Positions 38,927-47,687 of a stretch of 64,000 nucleotides of DNA are shown piece after piece (within the stretch, counting starts at the first letter, position 1; every line of letters begins with the position of its first letter). The DNA is from an uncultured Bacteroidales bacterium (GTDB lineage: Bacteria > Bacteroidota > Bacteroidia > Bacteroidales > WCHB1-69). The translations under genes were made by a program, and so were the position numbers. The notes beneath the pieces were generated by a model. It was given only the letters and a program-made list of their open reading frames with translations, was not told where the DNA came from and did no database searches. The stretch covers positions 5,224-69,223 of the forward strand of contig CALDIA010000054.1 of assembly GCA_937901455.1 (NCBI GenBank), written 5' to 3'.

Positions 38927-41209
38927 TTAAAACCGCCAAGTCAGTCCAAAATAGTATAAGAACGGGAGTTGATAAATGATATCATTGGTGGTTCGATTGA
39001 CATAAAATACATTTCTGTAGTTGTAGATATTGGAGAAGGAAAGGCTAACTTCAAGAGAGTTTCTTTCACCTAAGAAGAATTTCTTTTTGGCCCCAATATC
39101 GAGGCGGTGATAACTGGGAAGGCGCGATTGGTTAAAGTCGGCCAAAAGGAAGTAAACGTCCTCATTGGCAGAGATGTAGTCATCGTAGATATGTGTGGGG
39201 TTGTAGTGTGGGTAGTATGCCTGCGTTTGAGTGAAGGGGAAGCCGGAGCCATAGTTCCAGCGGAGGTCCACTTGCCAAGAGCGACGTTTTCCAAAGGCGT
39301 AGGAGGCCAGAAAATTGAGGTTGTGACGGCGGTCGAAGTGTGGGTTGTAAGTGATGAGGCCGTCGGTACGCTTTACCCAACCTAAAGAATAAACCAGCCA
39401 CAAGTATAAGCCTTTGTTCTCGTATTTCACCGTAATGTCGCCTCCATAGGCCATACCCTTTTCCCAGATAAACTCCTTTTCATTGTCAAACATTTTGTAC
39501 CGATTGACTGAGATTAGCTGAGAGAAGTTTTTGAAATAGCCTTCCATATTGAAAGTCAGTTGGGGAATAGGGTCATATTCGAGACCGAGGATTATGTGTT
39601 GCGACTTTTGGAGCCGTCCCTTCATTGTGTCGGATTGGTTGATGGTGTAGTCGGTCAGCAGAGAGGAACTGATAGGGGAGGACATGAACCCGTTGAAGAG
39701 GCTCACCACATCGCGGTCGGAGGTGACGGAGATAAGGTTTTGGGAGTAGAGGCCGCCTGCCAGTTTAAGGCGTACCTTTTTATTAATATTGTATTTGATG
39801 GCCAAACGTGGTTCGGGAGAAACTTCGCCTAACGAATAGTAATATTGTAGGCGGAAACTGGGTTCCAACAAGAGCGTATTTCTATAATTATACTTGTATT
39901 TGATGAATACGGAGAGGTCGGTGGTATGGTCGTCAATATTTACTTGAGAGCCCCACAGGGTATGATACAGGTACTCGGTGTTGTATCCAACCACATCCAT
40001 ACCCACTTTGAGCAGGCTTTTGCCCAAGAAATAGTTAAAGGTGAGATTGAAGGTGAAACCGTTCATGGAGCTTTCCTTGGGTTTGTATTGTTTGTCATCC
40101 AATTTGCAGGTGTAATCGGAGTAAGAGAGGGTGCCCTCGATGGTGGTGGGCACGCTACCAGGCACGATCATGAAGTTGGCGCCTACGCCCCAGTTGTCCC
40201 ATGCGTAGTCCGCCACAGAGCTGTAGTTTACCCGGTCGTCAAAGTTAAAGCCAAAAATGTTCAATTTAGTGCCGTTGGTGGTGGAGAGGGTCACTTTGCC
40301 GTATAGGTCGAGGAAGTTATAGGGCAGACCTTGTTCGCCCACGTAGGGGTAGAACAATTTGGCTGATTGGTTGAGGTAGGAACCCTTTCCTGAGAGAATG
40401 AAGCTGAGCGCGGTTTTGCGGTTGTCTTTCAGTTTGACAAGGGGTCCTTCCAGCAGCAGTTGGGTTTGTATGTTACTGACATCCACCTTTCCAGAGACTC
40501 TTTTCTTGTTGCCGTCGCGGGTTTTGATATCCATCACGGAGGATATTCTGCCACCGAATTCTGCACCGAAGCCACCGGTGTAAACATCAGCGCTGCTCAT
40601 GATATCCATGTCGAACACAGAGAAGATGCCTATGGAGTGGAAAGGGTTATAGACGATGACGCCATCCAGCAATAGCATGTTCTGTACAGGGGTGCCGCCG
40701 CGCACGTAGAGTTGGCCACCTTGGTCGCCTGTGGAAATCACACCTGGCAGCACCTGCAAGTATTGTGCAAAGTCGGGCTGTCCGCCAATGGATGGCATCT
40801 TACTCATGTCTTTAGGGGTGACGCTAATGACGGAGGTGCGGGTCTCCTGCTCTCGCCGCTGGCCTTCGCCTTGGATGGTGACCGTGCTAATGGTGGTGGT
40901 TTGTGGCACCATTGTGTATCTTTTAACGAAGGTAGTATCCTTGTGCACCTCTATGGTGTCGTACAAAGTGGTATAGCCCGGTTGGGATACTTTGACTACA
41001 TAGTGGCCTTTCGGAATTTTATTGATAACAAAAGCCCCTTTGCTGTCAGACATGGAACCAAAACTGGTTCCGTCGAGTTGGATGGTACAATAAGGGAGTG
41101 CTTCGCCGTTGGCATCGTCGTAAGTGAAGCCTTTTAGGATGGTGTTTTGCGCCCATATAGAAAAACTTGAGCAGAGCAATATCAGCAGGGGAATACAGTA
41201 TCTTTTCAT
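38927..41209 (-). CDS. TonB-dependent outer-membrane receptor with an N-terminal CarboxypepD_reg domain
   Basis: Signal peptide. ILKGFTYDDANGEALPYCTIQLDGTSFGSMSDSKGAFVI is the CarboxypepD_reg pattern. Plug region VISVTPKDMSKMPSIGGQPDFAQYLQVLPGV. C-terminal beta-barrel ending ...GLTWRF. Confidence 0.85.
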   Translation of the reverse strand: MKRYCIPLLILLCSSFSIWAQNTILKGFTYDDANGEALPYCTIQLDGTSFGSMSDSKGAFVINKIPKGHYVVKVSQPGYTTLYDTIEVHKDTTFVKRYTMVPQTTTISTVTIQGEGQRREQETRTSVISVTPKDMSKMPSIGGQPDFAQYLQVLPGVISTGDQGGQLYVRGGTPVQNMLLLDGVIVYNPFHSIGIFSVFDMDIMSSADVYTGGFGAEFGGRISSVMDIKTRDGNKKRVSGKVDVSNIQTQLLLEGPLVKLKDNRKTALSFILSGKGSYLNQSAKLFYPYVGEQGLPYNFLDLYGKVTLSTTNGTKLNIFGFNFDDRVNYSSVADYAWDNWGVGANFMIVPGSVPTTIEGTLSYSDYTCKLDDKQYKPKESSMNGFTFNLTFNYFLGKSLLKVGMDVVGYNTEYLYHTLWGSQVNIDDHTTDLSVFIKYKYNYRNTLLLEPSFRLQYYYSLGEVSPEPRLAIKYNINKKVRLKLAGGLYSQNLISVTSDRDVVSLFNGFMSSPISSSLLTDYTINQSDTMKGRLQKSQHIILGLEYDPIPQLTFNMEGYFKNFSQLISVNRYKMFDNEKEFIWEKGMAYGGDITVKYENKGLYLWLVYSLGWVKRTDGLITYNPHFDRRHNLNFLASYAFGKRRSWQVDLRWNYGSGFPFTQTQAYYPHYNPTHIYDDYISANEDVYFLLADFNQSRLPSYHRLDIGAKKKFFLGERNSLEVSLSFSNIYNYRNVFYVNRTTNDIIYQLPFLYYFGLTWRF

Positions 41210-41226
41210 ACGCCGTAATTAAGGCG

Positions 41227-41234
41227 CAAAGATA
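41227..41234 (-). promoter_or_regulatory. -7 promoter box (TATCTTTG, minus strand) for the TonB-dependent receptor gene
   Basis: Plus-strand CAAAGATA, 17 nt upstream of the ATG at 41209. Confidence 0.5.
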
Positions 41235-41303
41235 CAAAAAAAAGAACTTCTTTAATATTATTAACAAAGATATGGTTCTTACTACGAAAGAACGGAAAAG
41301 CGG

Positions 41304-41942
41304 TTAGAATTGATAGATATAGCAGAAAGCCAGAACAGTATTGAATTGCTTGAATATTCGCCTGTTAACAACCCAGGTGGGGATGCGTACGGGAATAAAG
41401 GAGTTGGAAAAGCGGAAATTGAAGCCATGGTGTTCGTTGAACATATACGACAGGCCGGCGCAGGCAGAAAATTCCATCCGCCGGAAGGGAGGGCGGAATG
41501 AAATGATGCCGGCGCCATTCCGTTCGCGGGCATAGAGATTCACGCCCAACATAGGGCCCACCTCGAACCAGAAGTCGTGAATACCATAGGCGGTGATATG
41601 GGCGAAGCGCCATTGCAGCAGAACGGGAACTTCCAGATAGCCGAGATTAAGCACGTATTTATCATTGCTTATTTGCCCTTTTTTAGTGTACGAATGACTG
41701 CCTTTCATGGTGAAATCAAGGCCCATTTGTAGCCGAAGGTTGTCATTGTCGTTCAGTCCTACATGAGCATACAGTCCGGCAGTGGCACCTACTTTGTGGA
41801 AACCTGCTAGGTCATCGCCTGATATTTGCGAGGTGGTCATGCCTATGCGGAGTCCGCCTTTGAATTGTCCTTTCGAACTTTGCGCTTGGGAGAGGCAGAA
41901 GATGCCTGCGAAAATCCATAATAGAAGTAGATTTTTCTTCAT
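41304..41942 (-). CDS. small outer-membrane beta-barrel (porin-family) protein
   Basis: Signal peptide MKKNLLLLWIFAGIFCLSQAQ, alternating amphipathic beta-strand pattern, and a C-terminal aromatic residue (...YIYQF). Confidence 0.7.
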   Translation of the reverse strand: MKKNLLLLWIFAGIFCLSQAQSSKGQFKGGLRIGMTTSQISGDDLAGFHKVGATAGLYAHVGLNDNDNLRLQMGLDFTMKGSHSYTKKGQISNDKYVLNLGYLEVPVLLQWRFAHITAYGIHDFWFEVGPMLGVNLYARERNGAGIISFRPPFRRMEFSACAGLSYMFNEHHGFNFRFSNSFIPVRIPTWVVNRRIFKQFNTVLAFCYIYQF

Positions 41943-41949
41943 AAGCTTA

Positions 41950-42531
41950 TCAATTTAAATGAGGGCTTTCGGGTATTTTCAGCCAGTGTTCATATTCTTT
42001 ACCCAGTATAGATACGGCTTTGTGCCATATTTGGTCGGGCTCGGTGTTGAATAGCAGTTCGGGAGTGGGGTTGCCGATGACCCAATAGTTGTTGGCAATC
42101 TCCGCTTCCAATTGGCCTGGTGCCCACCCCGAGTATCCCAGGATGAATTTATAGCGTATACTTGGAAACAAACGCTGCTCTATCTGTTTTAATAGCTGGT
42201 CGTTGTAGCCGAAAAAAATGCCGGGACGTATAGCAGAGGCCGCATCACTGTTACTGTGATTGTGCAGCAGAAAAAGCATTTCCGGACTTACAGGGCCTCC
42301 GATATAAAGCGGAGCCTTTATGGAAATGCTATCAACTAAACGGTCCAGTACAAAAGGGGTTGGTTTATTGACGATGACCCCCGCAACCGTTTCTTTGTTG
42401 TAGTCGGTTAATAAAATCACCGAGCGGTTGAAGAGCATGTCAGGGCTCAGGGGCGCGGCAATCAGAAGCGACCCCTCCGATAACGTGAACTCTGTCTGTT
42501 TAACCCTTAGAAAGTCTCGTTTGACGGTCAT
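41950..42531 (-). CDS. YqgE/AlgH-family protein (UPF0301)
   Basis: LLIAAPLSPDMLFNRSVILLTDYNKETVAGVIVNKPT is the family pattern. The start is moved to the Met at 42531 because a -7 box (42553..42560) overlaps the track start at 42555. Confidence 0.8.
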   Translation of the reverse strand: MTVKRDFLRVKQTEFTLSEGSLLIAAPLSPDMLFNRSVILLTDYNKETVAGVIVNKPTPFVLDRLVDSISIKAPLYIGGPVSPEMLFLLHNHSNSDAASAIRPGIFFGYNDQLLKQIEQRLFPSIRYKFILGYSGWAPGQLEAEIANNYWVIGNPTPELLFNTEPDQIWHKAVSILGKEYEHWLKIPESPHLN

Positions 42532-42552
42532 AATATCTGTAGAAACAAGTGG

Positions 42553-42560
42553 CAAAGATA
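42553..42560 (-). promoter_or_regulatory. -7 promoter box (TATCTTTG, minus strand) for the yqgE-like gene
   Basis: Plus-strand CAAAGATA, 21 nt upstream of the ATG at 42531. It sits back-to-back with the plus-strand box at 42582. Confidence 0.5.
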
Positions 42561-42581
42561 CTATTTTTTTGTACTTTTGCA

Positions 42582-42589
42582 GCGTTAAG
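42582..42589 (+). promoter_or_regulatory. -7 promoter box TACTTTTG for the PP-loop-like gene
   Basis: Only 9 nt upstream of the ATG at 42599, which implies a near-leaderless mRNA. Confidence 0.5.
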
Positions 42590-42598
42590 TTTTTTAGT

Positions 42599-43900
42599 AT
42601 GAATTTTGAAGAACTACGTTCCCAATATTCCGTTTTTTCCTATAACGGATTTACCTATTCACTGGTTGGTTCCGATCTGCACATTAGTTTTGACTTCAGC
42701 ATTGGCGAAGATATTCGTTTCATGCCTGCCATGGTCCTGAAGGCTGGCCGGTATGCAAAATATCCGGAGGATCTGTCAAGTCTAGAGGGAATCATCTTCC
42801 ATATTGGCCTGATAGAGTTAATCAGTTACTGGAAGTGCACGTGCAGTCCTATACTGCTTATCCGTCCGTACAAGCTCACTGTAGAGCAGCAGTTGTGGTG
42901 GCGGAAGCTTTACTGGTATGGTTTGGGAGAGTTCTTTTATCAGAATCATATCCACACTGACCATGAGCATTTTTTAAATTTTCAATTTGAAGACGGGGCT
43001 TCCGAATCTGTGGGGCTCGTGTACCCGCATGTAGCGGAGAGCGACACCACCATTGTGCCGATAGGAGGGGGCAAAGACTCGGTGGTCACCTTGGAGGAGT
43101 TGCGTGTGCAGCGGCGGGTAGTGCCCTTTATCATCAACCCGCGCGGCGCTACGCTTGCCTGTGCCGAAAAGGCAGGATTCCCCACAAGCGATGATATCGT
43201 TGTGTTGAAGCGCGAAATATCTCCGGCGCTGCTGGAACTGAACCGTCAAGGGTTCCTCAACGGGCACACTCCTTTTTCTGCCATGCTCGCATTCTATACC
43301 CTTTTGATCTCGGCGGTTACCGGCATTCGTGATGTGGCCCTGTCGAACGAGTCTTCGGCCAACGAGCCCACCATCCCAGGCACCTATATAAACCATCAGT
43401 ACTCCAAAACACTGGAATTTGAAGAAGATTTCCGCTACTATGTGGATACGTATATGAACGCTTGCAATCATTACTACAGCTATTTGCGTCCGCTAACTGA
43501 GCTCCAAATTGCCGAGCGATTTGCCCGCTATCCCCAATATTTTCAGGTTTTCAAAAGTTGCAATGCCGGCAGTAAGGAGGACAAATGGTGCTGCCACTGT
43601 CCAAAATGTCTCTTCGCTTACATCATCCTGTCACCCTTTATTGATGATGCTACTATGATAGAGATTTTCGGCGAAGACATGCTTGACAACGCGGAGCTGG
43701 CCCCTTGTTTGGAACAGCTTGCCGGCCTTACCACAATCAAGCCTTTCGACTGCGTGGGTACCGTCCATGAGGTGAACGAGGCGCTTCGGCGTATTTCCGA
43801 GAGCCGAAAAGATAAAAAACTCATAAAGCATTATATCAATAAATTACTGGAACAGTGGAATGATAATATGTTGGAGGATTATATCAATATGGCCCCATAG
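42599..43900 (+). CDS. uncharacterised PP-loop-like (GGGKDS) adenine-nucleotide alpha-hydrolase-superfamily protein with an unassigned N-terminal domain
   Basis: 433 aa from MNFEELRSQY. IVPIGGGKDSVVT resembles the SGGxDS PP-loop, and a C-terminal Cys cluster KWCCHCPKC is present. The track ORF start (42428) is rejected because it overlaps the divergent yqgE gene and the promoter region. Confidence 0.7.
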   Translation: MNFEELRSQYSVFSYNGFTYSLVGSDLHISFDFSIGEDIRFMPAMVLKAGRYAKYPEDLSSLEGIIFHIGLIELISYWKCTCSPILLIRPYKLTVEQQLWWRKLYWYGLGEFFYQNHIHTDHEHFLNFQFEDGASESVGLVYPHVAESDTTIVPIGGGKDSVVTLEELRVQRRVVPFIINPRGATLACAEKAGFPTSDDIVVLKREISPALLELNRQGFLNGHTPFSAMLAFYTLLISAVTGIRDVALSNESSANEPTIPGTYINHQYSKTLEFEEDFRYYVDTYMNACNHYYSYLRPLTELQIAERFARYPQYFQVFKSCNAGSKEDKWCCHCPKCLFAYIILSPFIDDATMIEIFGEDMLDNAELAPCLEQLAGLTTIKPFDCVGTVHEVNEALRRISESRKDKKLIKHYINKLLEQWNDNMLEDYINMAP

Positions 43901-43933
43901 TTATTTTTCATTTTTACTACCATTTATTTTTAC

Positions 43934-43941
43934 TATTTTTG
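43934..43941 (+). promoter_or_regulatory. -7 promoter box TATTTTTG for the FKBP gene
   Basis: 48 nt upstream of the ATG at 43990. Confidence 0.45.
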
Positions 43942-43989
43942 CCGCCTGTTTAACAAGAATTATTTTTTCATTTATTAAAACCCCAAAAT

Positions 43990-45060
43990 ATGTCAGAAGA
44001 TATCTTAGATGAAGAGAAAATCCAAGAGGAAATGAACACTCAATATCAAGAAAATATGGAAGAGGCCGCAGAACAAGTGGAAGAGACCATAGAAGAGATA
44101 GAAGAACCTGAAGCGGAAGTCACGGTCACCAAGGAAGGGGAGACCGAGAAACCCGAGAAATCCAAAAGCAAGTTGCCCTTATACATTGCTGTGGCCGTCG
44201 CTGTTCTCGCTTTGTTGGGTGTTTGTGGTTATCTGATTTTTCAAAATGTTGGTAAATATAAAGGCTATAAAAAAGACAAATCGGGCATTTATTATAAGTT
44301 TCATGACGAAATTCATACCGATGCCGAGATGCCAAAGACTGGCGACCTGGTAGGCATTCTCTTCTCCTTGAGAACGGAAGATTCCACGCTTATTCCTATG
44401 ATTCCGAACGAGATGCTGATGGATTCGGTGGGTGTGAACGACTTCTTTGCGGCTATACGCATGATGCATGTGGGCGACAGTGCCACCTTCATTTTCAATG
44501 GCCAGGAGTTTTTTGACCAGATGATGGAGGGTCAGGAGTATCCCTTTGGCGACGAGCCGCTCTATGCAGATGTAAAGTTATATGGACACATGCCCAAAGC
44601 CGAGTTTGAAAAGGCTAAAGCTGCTTATGAGGCAGAGTTAGACCAGAGAAAGAATGCCGAGCAGGACTCTATTGCTGCTTATGTTGCCAAAAACAAGATG
44701 GGCGAACCCACCCCAGAGGGTCTGTATATCAAGACCATCAAGAAGGGAAGTGGTCCCTTGCTGCAGGATGGCCAGGAGGTAACGGTTCATTACGTTGGCA
44801 AGCTATTGGATGGCACAGAGTTTGATAGTTCAATAGGTCGAAACGAACCCTTTACCTTCGTGTTGGGTAATCATCAGGTGATTCCCGGTTGGGAACTGGC
44901 CCTTTCAAAGATGCATGTGGGTGAACAAGCTATTGTGCTGATTCCTTCTGTCATGGGCTATGGTGAAAGAGGAGCCGGCAATATGATTGATCCCTACACC
45001 CCGCTGGTGTTTGATATCAGGGTGCTCAGTGCCAAAAATAGCGACGCGGCTGCGGAGTAA
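43990..45060 (+). CDS. membrane-anchored FKBP-type peptidyl-prolyl cis-trans isomerase
   Basis: Acidic N-terminus, one TM helix (LPLYIAVAVAVLALLGVCGYLIF), and a C-terminal FKBP core VTVHYVGKLLDGTEFDSSIGRNEPFTFVLGNHQVIPGWE...LVFDIRVL. Confidence 0.88.
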   Translation: MSEDILDEEKIQEEMNTQYQENMEEAAEQVEETIEEIEEPEAEVTVTKEGETEKPEKSKSKLPLYIAVAVAVLALLGVCGYLIFQNVGKYKGYKKDKSGIYYKFHDEIHTDAEMPKTGDLVGILFSLRTEDSTLIPMIPNEMLMDSVGVNDFFAAIRMMHVGDSATFIFNGQEFFDQMMEGQEYPFGDEPLYADVKLYGHMPKAEFEKAKAAYEAELDQRKNAEQDSIAAYVAKNKMGEPTPEGLYIKTIKKGSGPLLQDGQEVTVHYVGKLLDGTEFDSSIGRNEPFTFVLGNHQVIPGWELALSKMHVGEQAIVLIPSVMGYGERGAGNMIDPYTPLVFDIRVLSAKNSDAAAE

Positions 45061-45079
45061 CGGTATATAATCCAATAGT

Positions 45080-45108
45080 GAGGCAGGGTGGCATTGTCAC
45101 CCTGCCTC
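45080..45108 (+). terminator. hairpin after the FKBP gene
   Basis: GAGGCAGGGTG-GCATTGT-CACCCTGCCTC forms an 11-bp stem. The U-tract is weak (GTGTTATCTC). Confidence 0.5.
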
Positions 45109-45121
45109 GTGTTATCTCAAA

Positions 45122-45235
45122 TGTAACAAAAAGGAAAGGCAACCGGATTTTTTTGAGTAATTGCCAATAAAAATGAAGGATGAGTGTGTCGAGTAGGGAT
45201 GAGGGACTACCGGTTGCCTTTTGTAATGTTCAACA
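45122..45235 (-). ncRNA. candidate ~110-nt small RNA (prediction from signals only)
   Basis: A minus-strand -7 box at 45241..45248, a CU-rich 5' region, then a long hairpin formed by the 12-bp inverted repeat and followed by CCUUUUUGUU. No minus-strand CDS lies nearby. Confidence 0.3.
45135..45221. repeat. 12-bp perfect inverted repeat enclosing 63 nt
   Basis: AAAGGCAACCGG (45135..45146) and CCGGTTGCCTTT (45210..45221). The pairing can extend with a bulge (ACAAAA...TTTTGT). Confidence 0.8.
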
Positions 45236-45240
45236 CGCAG

Positions 45241-45248
45241 CAAAAATA
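45241..45248 (-). promoter_or_regulatory. orphan -7 promoter box (TATTTTTG, minus strand)
   Basis: Plus-strand CAAAAATA in a region flanked only by plus-strand genes. Confidence 0.35.
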
Positions 45249-45343
45249 CTAAAACAATCTGATAATACATTAAAATAAAAATAAAAATTTATTAACACAG
45301 TATTAACAATATAAACCATTGAAAATCGTAGTTTCGCACTTTG

Positions 45344-47683
45344 ATGGAAAATGAAATGTTGAAAGAAGATCATTTATTATCGGCTTTGAACCGGCAGCAG
45401 AAAGACGCTGTGAAACAGATAGATGGGCCCGTTATGGTATTGGCAGGCGCCGGGTCGGGCAAGACACGTGTGCTTACCTATAGGATTGCCTATATGCTGA
45501 TGCACGACATCAGTCCGTACAAGATTATGGCCTTGACCTTTACGAACAAAGCGGCGGCAGAGATGCGCGGCAGGATTGTGGATCTGGTGGGTGGCGACAA
45601 AGCCAAGGCGGTGACCATGGGAACCTTCCACTCGGTATTCTATCGAATCTTGCGTATAGAGGCCGAGTTGATAGGCTATACCCACAATTTGACGATTTAC
45701 GACACGGATGATTCCAAATCGCTGATAAAGAACATTGTGAAGGAGATGAACTTAGATGCCAAAACCTACACGGCCTCCTTCATTCTCAACCGGATCTCAT
45801 CGGCAAAAACCAGTCTGATGTCAGCGGAGGAGTATGCCAACGACAATGAGATTGTGTTGGCTGACAAGCGAGCTGGGCGGCCGATGATTGCCCAGATATT
45901 CCAGCGCTACAATGCCCGTCTGAAAAACGCTGATGCTATGGACTTTGACGATATTCTGTACTACATGAATGTCCTTTTGCGAGATTTTCCCGATGTATTG
46001 TACAAGTATCAGAATCGTTTTCAGTATATCTTGATAGATGAGTATCAAGATACCAACTTTGCCCAATATCTGATTATCAAGAAATTGGCGGCGCTTACGC
46101 ACAATATCTGTGTGGTGGGTGACGATGCACAGAGCATTTATGGTTTCCGTGGGGCTGACATTCAGAACATCCTTAATTTCAAACGCGACTACCCCGATGC
46201 GGTCACTTACAAGTTAGAGCAGAACTACCGTTCCACACAAAACATTGTGAATGTGGCCAATGAGGTCATCAAGCATAACAAAAACCAGATTCAAAAGGAG
46301 GTTTTTTCTGAAAATGAGGCGGGTAACAAGATTCGGTTGCTGCGCACCGCCAGCGATAAAGAGGAAGCTGCTACGGTTGCTGGCACTATCTTTGAAATCA
46401 AAATGAATGATCATGTGGCCAATAAGCAGTTTGCGGTCCTTTATAGAACCAATGTGCAGTCGCGCGTTTTGGAAGAGGCCTTTGTAAAAAGGAACATACC
46501 TTACAAGATCTATGGCGGACTTTCTTTTTACAAACGCAAGGAGATTAAGGATGTGTTGGCTTATTTCCGTCTGATTATCAATCCTTATGATGAGGAATCG
46601 TTGCGCAGGGTTATCAACTATCCGCAGCGGGGCATTGGCGATACCACTTTCTCACGCATCCTGAGCACGGCTAACGAACAGCAGGTGCACATGTGGGATG
46701 TGGTGTCGAACCCCAAAGGGCATCAGTTGCAGGTTACCAGTCAAGTGGCTGCCAAGCTGGTGGAGTTTTCAGACATGATTAAGGGGTTTTCGGCGCAAAT
46801 GAAAACCCTGGATGCCTATGAACTGGCCAAACAAGTGGTTTTCAAGACGGGTATAGCCAAAAATTTGAAAGAGATTCCTGACGAAAAGGAGCGCTTGGAC
46901 AATGTAGAGGAATTGCTCGATGCAGTCAAGAGTTTCATAGATAATCCGCCGGAAACAAACTTCAACGAATTAACGGGCGAGTTGATAGAGGAATATTTTC
47001 CTTCTTTGGACCACTTTATGGAATCGGTGGCGTTGCTTAGCGATGTGGACGAAAATAAAGGGCAGGATGATGAAGACAAAGTGAAGTTGATGACTATCCA
47101 TTCTGCCAAGGGATTGGAGTTTGACTATGTGTTCATTACGGGTTTAGAGGAGAATCTTTTTCCATCGGCCTTGAGTGTCAACACCCTGTCAGAGATTGAG
47201 GAGGAGCGTCGGTTGTTCTATGTGGCCTTGACACGTGCGCGCAAGCAGGTGTTTCTTACTTGTGCCCAGACCCGTTATCGCTATGGCTCAGCAGTCTTCT
47301 GCGAAGAGAGTCGTTTTTTGGAAGAGATTCCAGAGCGATACCTCAACTTTACCAAAAAGGCTTCTTCCGGGAAGGGGGTCTTCACAAAGGAAGACTCTTT
47401 TGGCCATCTTTTTTCAGGTCCCCGCCGGAAGTCTCCCGCCCCGGCTGCAGCCAAGCCGAATGTGAAGACCAAGCAAGAGGTGAAGATGGACCAGATAGGA
47501 GCCTTGGCCACCAACGAGCAGGTGCAGCCGGGCGTGCGCGTGTACCACTCCACCTTCGGATACGGCACCGTGCAGTCGGTGGAAAACAAAAGCGGTGACG
47601 CCCGCGCCGTAGTGGCCTTCGATACAGTAGGCACTAAGACTCTCATGCTGAAATTTGCCAAATTGATAATCCCTAAACAATAA
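45344..47683 (+). CDS. ATP-dependent DNA helicase, UvrD/PcrA/Rep family
   Basis: Walker A VLAGAGSGKTRV, motif II ILIDEYQDTN, VGDDAQSIYGFRGA, TIHSAKGLEF, and a C-terminal Tudor-like tail. The ATG at 45344 is preferred over the TTG at 45341. Confidence 0.92.
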   Translation: MENEMLKEDHLLSALNRQQKDAVKQIDGPVMVLAGAGSGKTRVLTYRIAYMLMHDISPYKIMALTFTNKAAAEMRGRIVDLVGGDKAKAVTMGTFHSVFYRILRIEAELIGYTHNLTIYDTDDSKSLIKNIVKEMNLDAKTYTASFILNRISSAKTSLMSAEEYANDNEIVLADKRAGRPMIAQIFQRYNARLKNADAMDFDDILYYMNVLLRDFPDVLYKYQNRFQYILIDEYQDTNFAQYLIIKKLAALTHNICVVGDDAQSIYGFRGADIQNILNFKRDYPDAVTYKLEQNYRSTQNIVNVANEVIKHNKNQIQKEVFSENEAGNKIRLLRTASDKEEAATVAGTIFEIKMNDHVANKQFAVLYRTNVQSRVLEEAFVKRNIPYKIYGGLSFYKRKEIKDVLAYFRLIINPYDEESLRRVINYPQRGIGDTTFSRILSTANEQQVHMWDVVSNPKGHQLQVTSQVAAKLVEFSDMIKGFSAQMKTLDAYELAKQVVFKTGIAKNLKEIPDEKERLDNVEELLDAVKSFIDNPPETNFNELTGELIEEYFPSLDHFMESVALLSDVDENKGQDDEDKVKLMTIHSAKGLEFDYVFITGLEENLFPSALSVNTLSEIEEERRLFYVALTRARKQVFLTCAQTRYRYGSAVFCEESRFLEEIPERYLNFTKKASSGKGVFTKEDSFGHLFSGPRRKSPAPAAAKPNVKTKQEVKMDQIGALATNEQVQPGVRVYHSTFGYGTVQSVENKSGDARAVVAFDTVGTKTLMLKFAKLIIPKQ

Positions 47684-47687
47684 AAAA

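Noticed and set aside
42428-42598. 57-codon N-terminal extension of the PP-loop ORF as given in the track (490 aa)
   Set aside because: It overlaps the 5' end of the divergent yqgE gene and both promoter boxes. The Met at 42599 follows a -7 box and begins the conserved-looking body.
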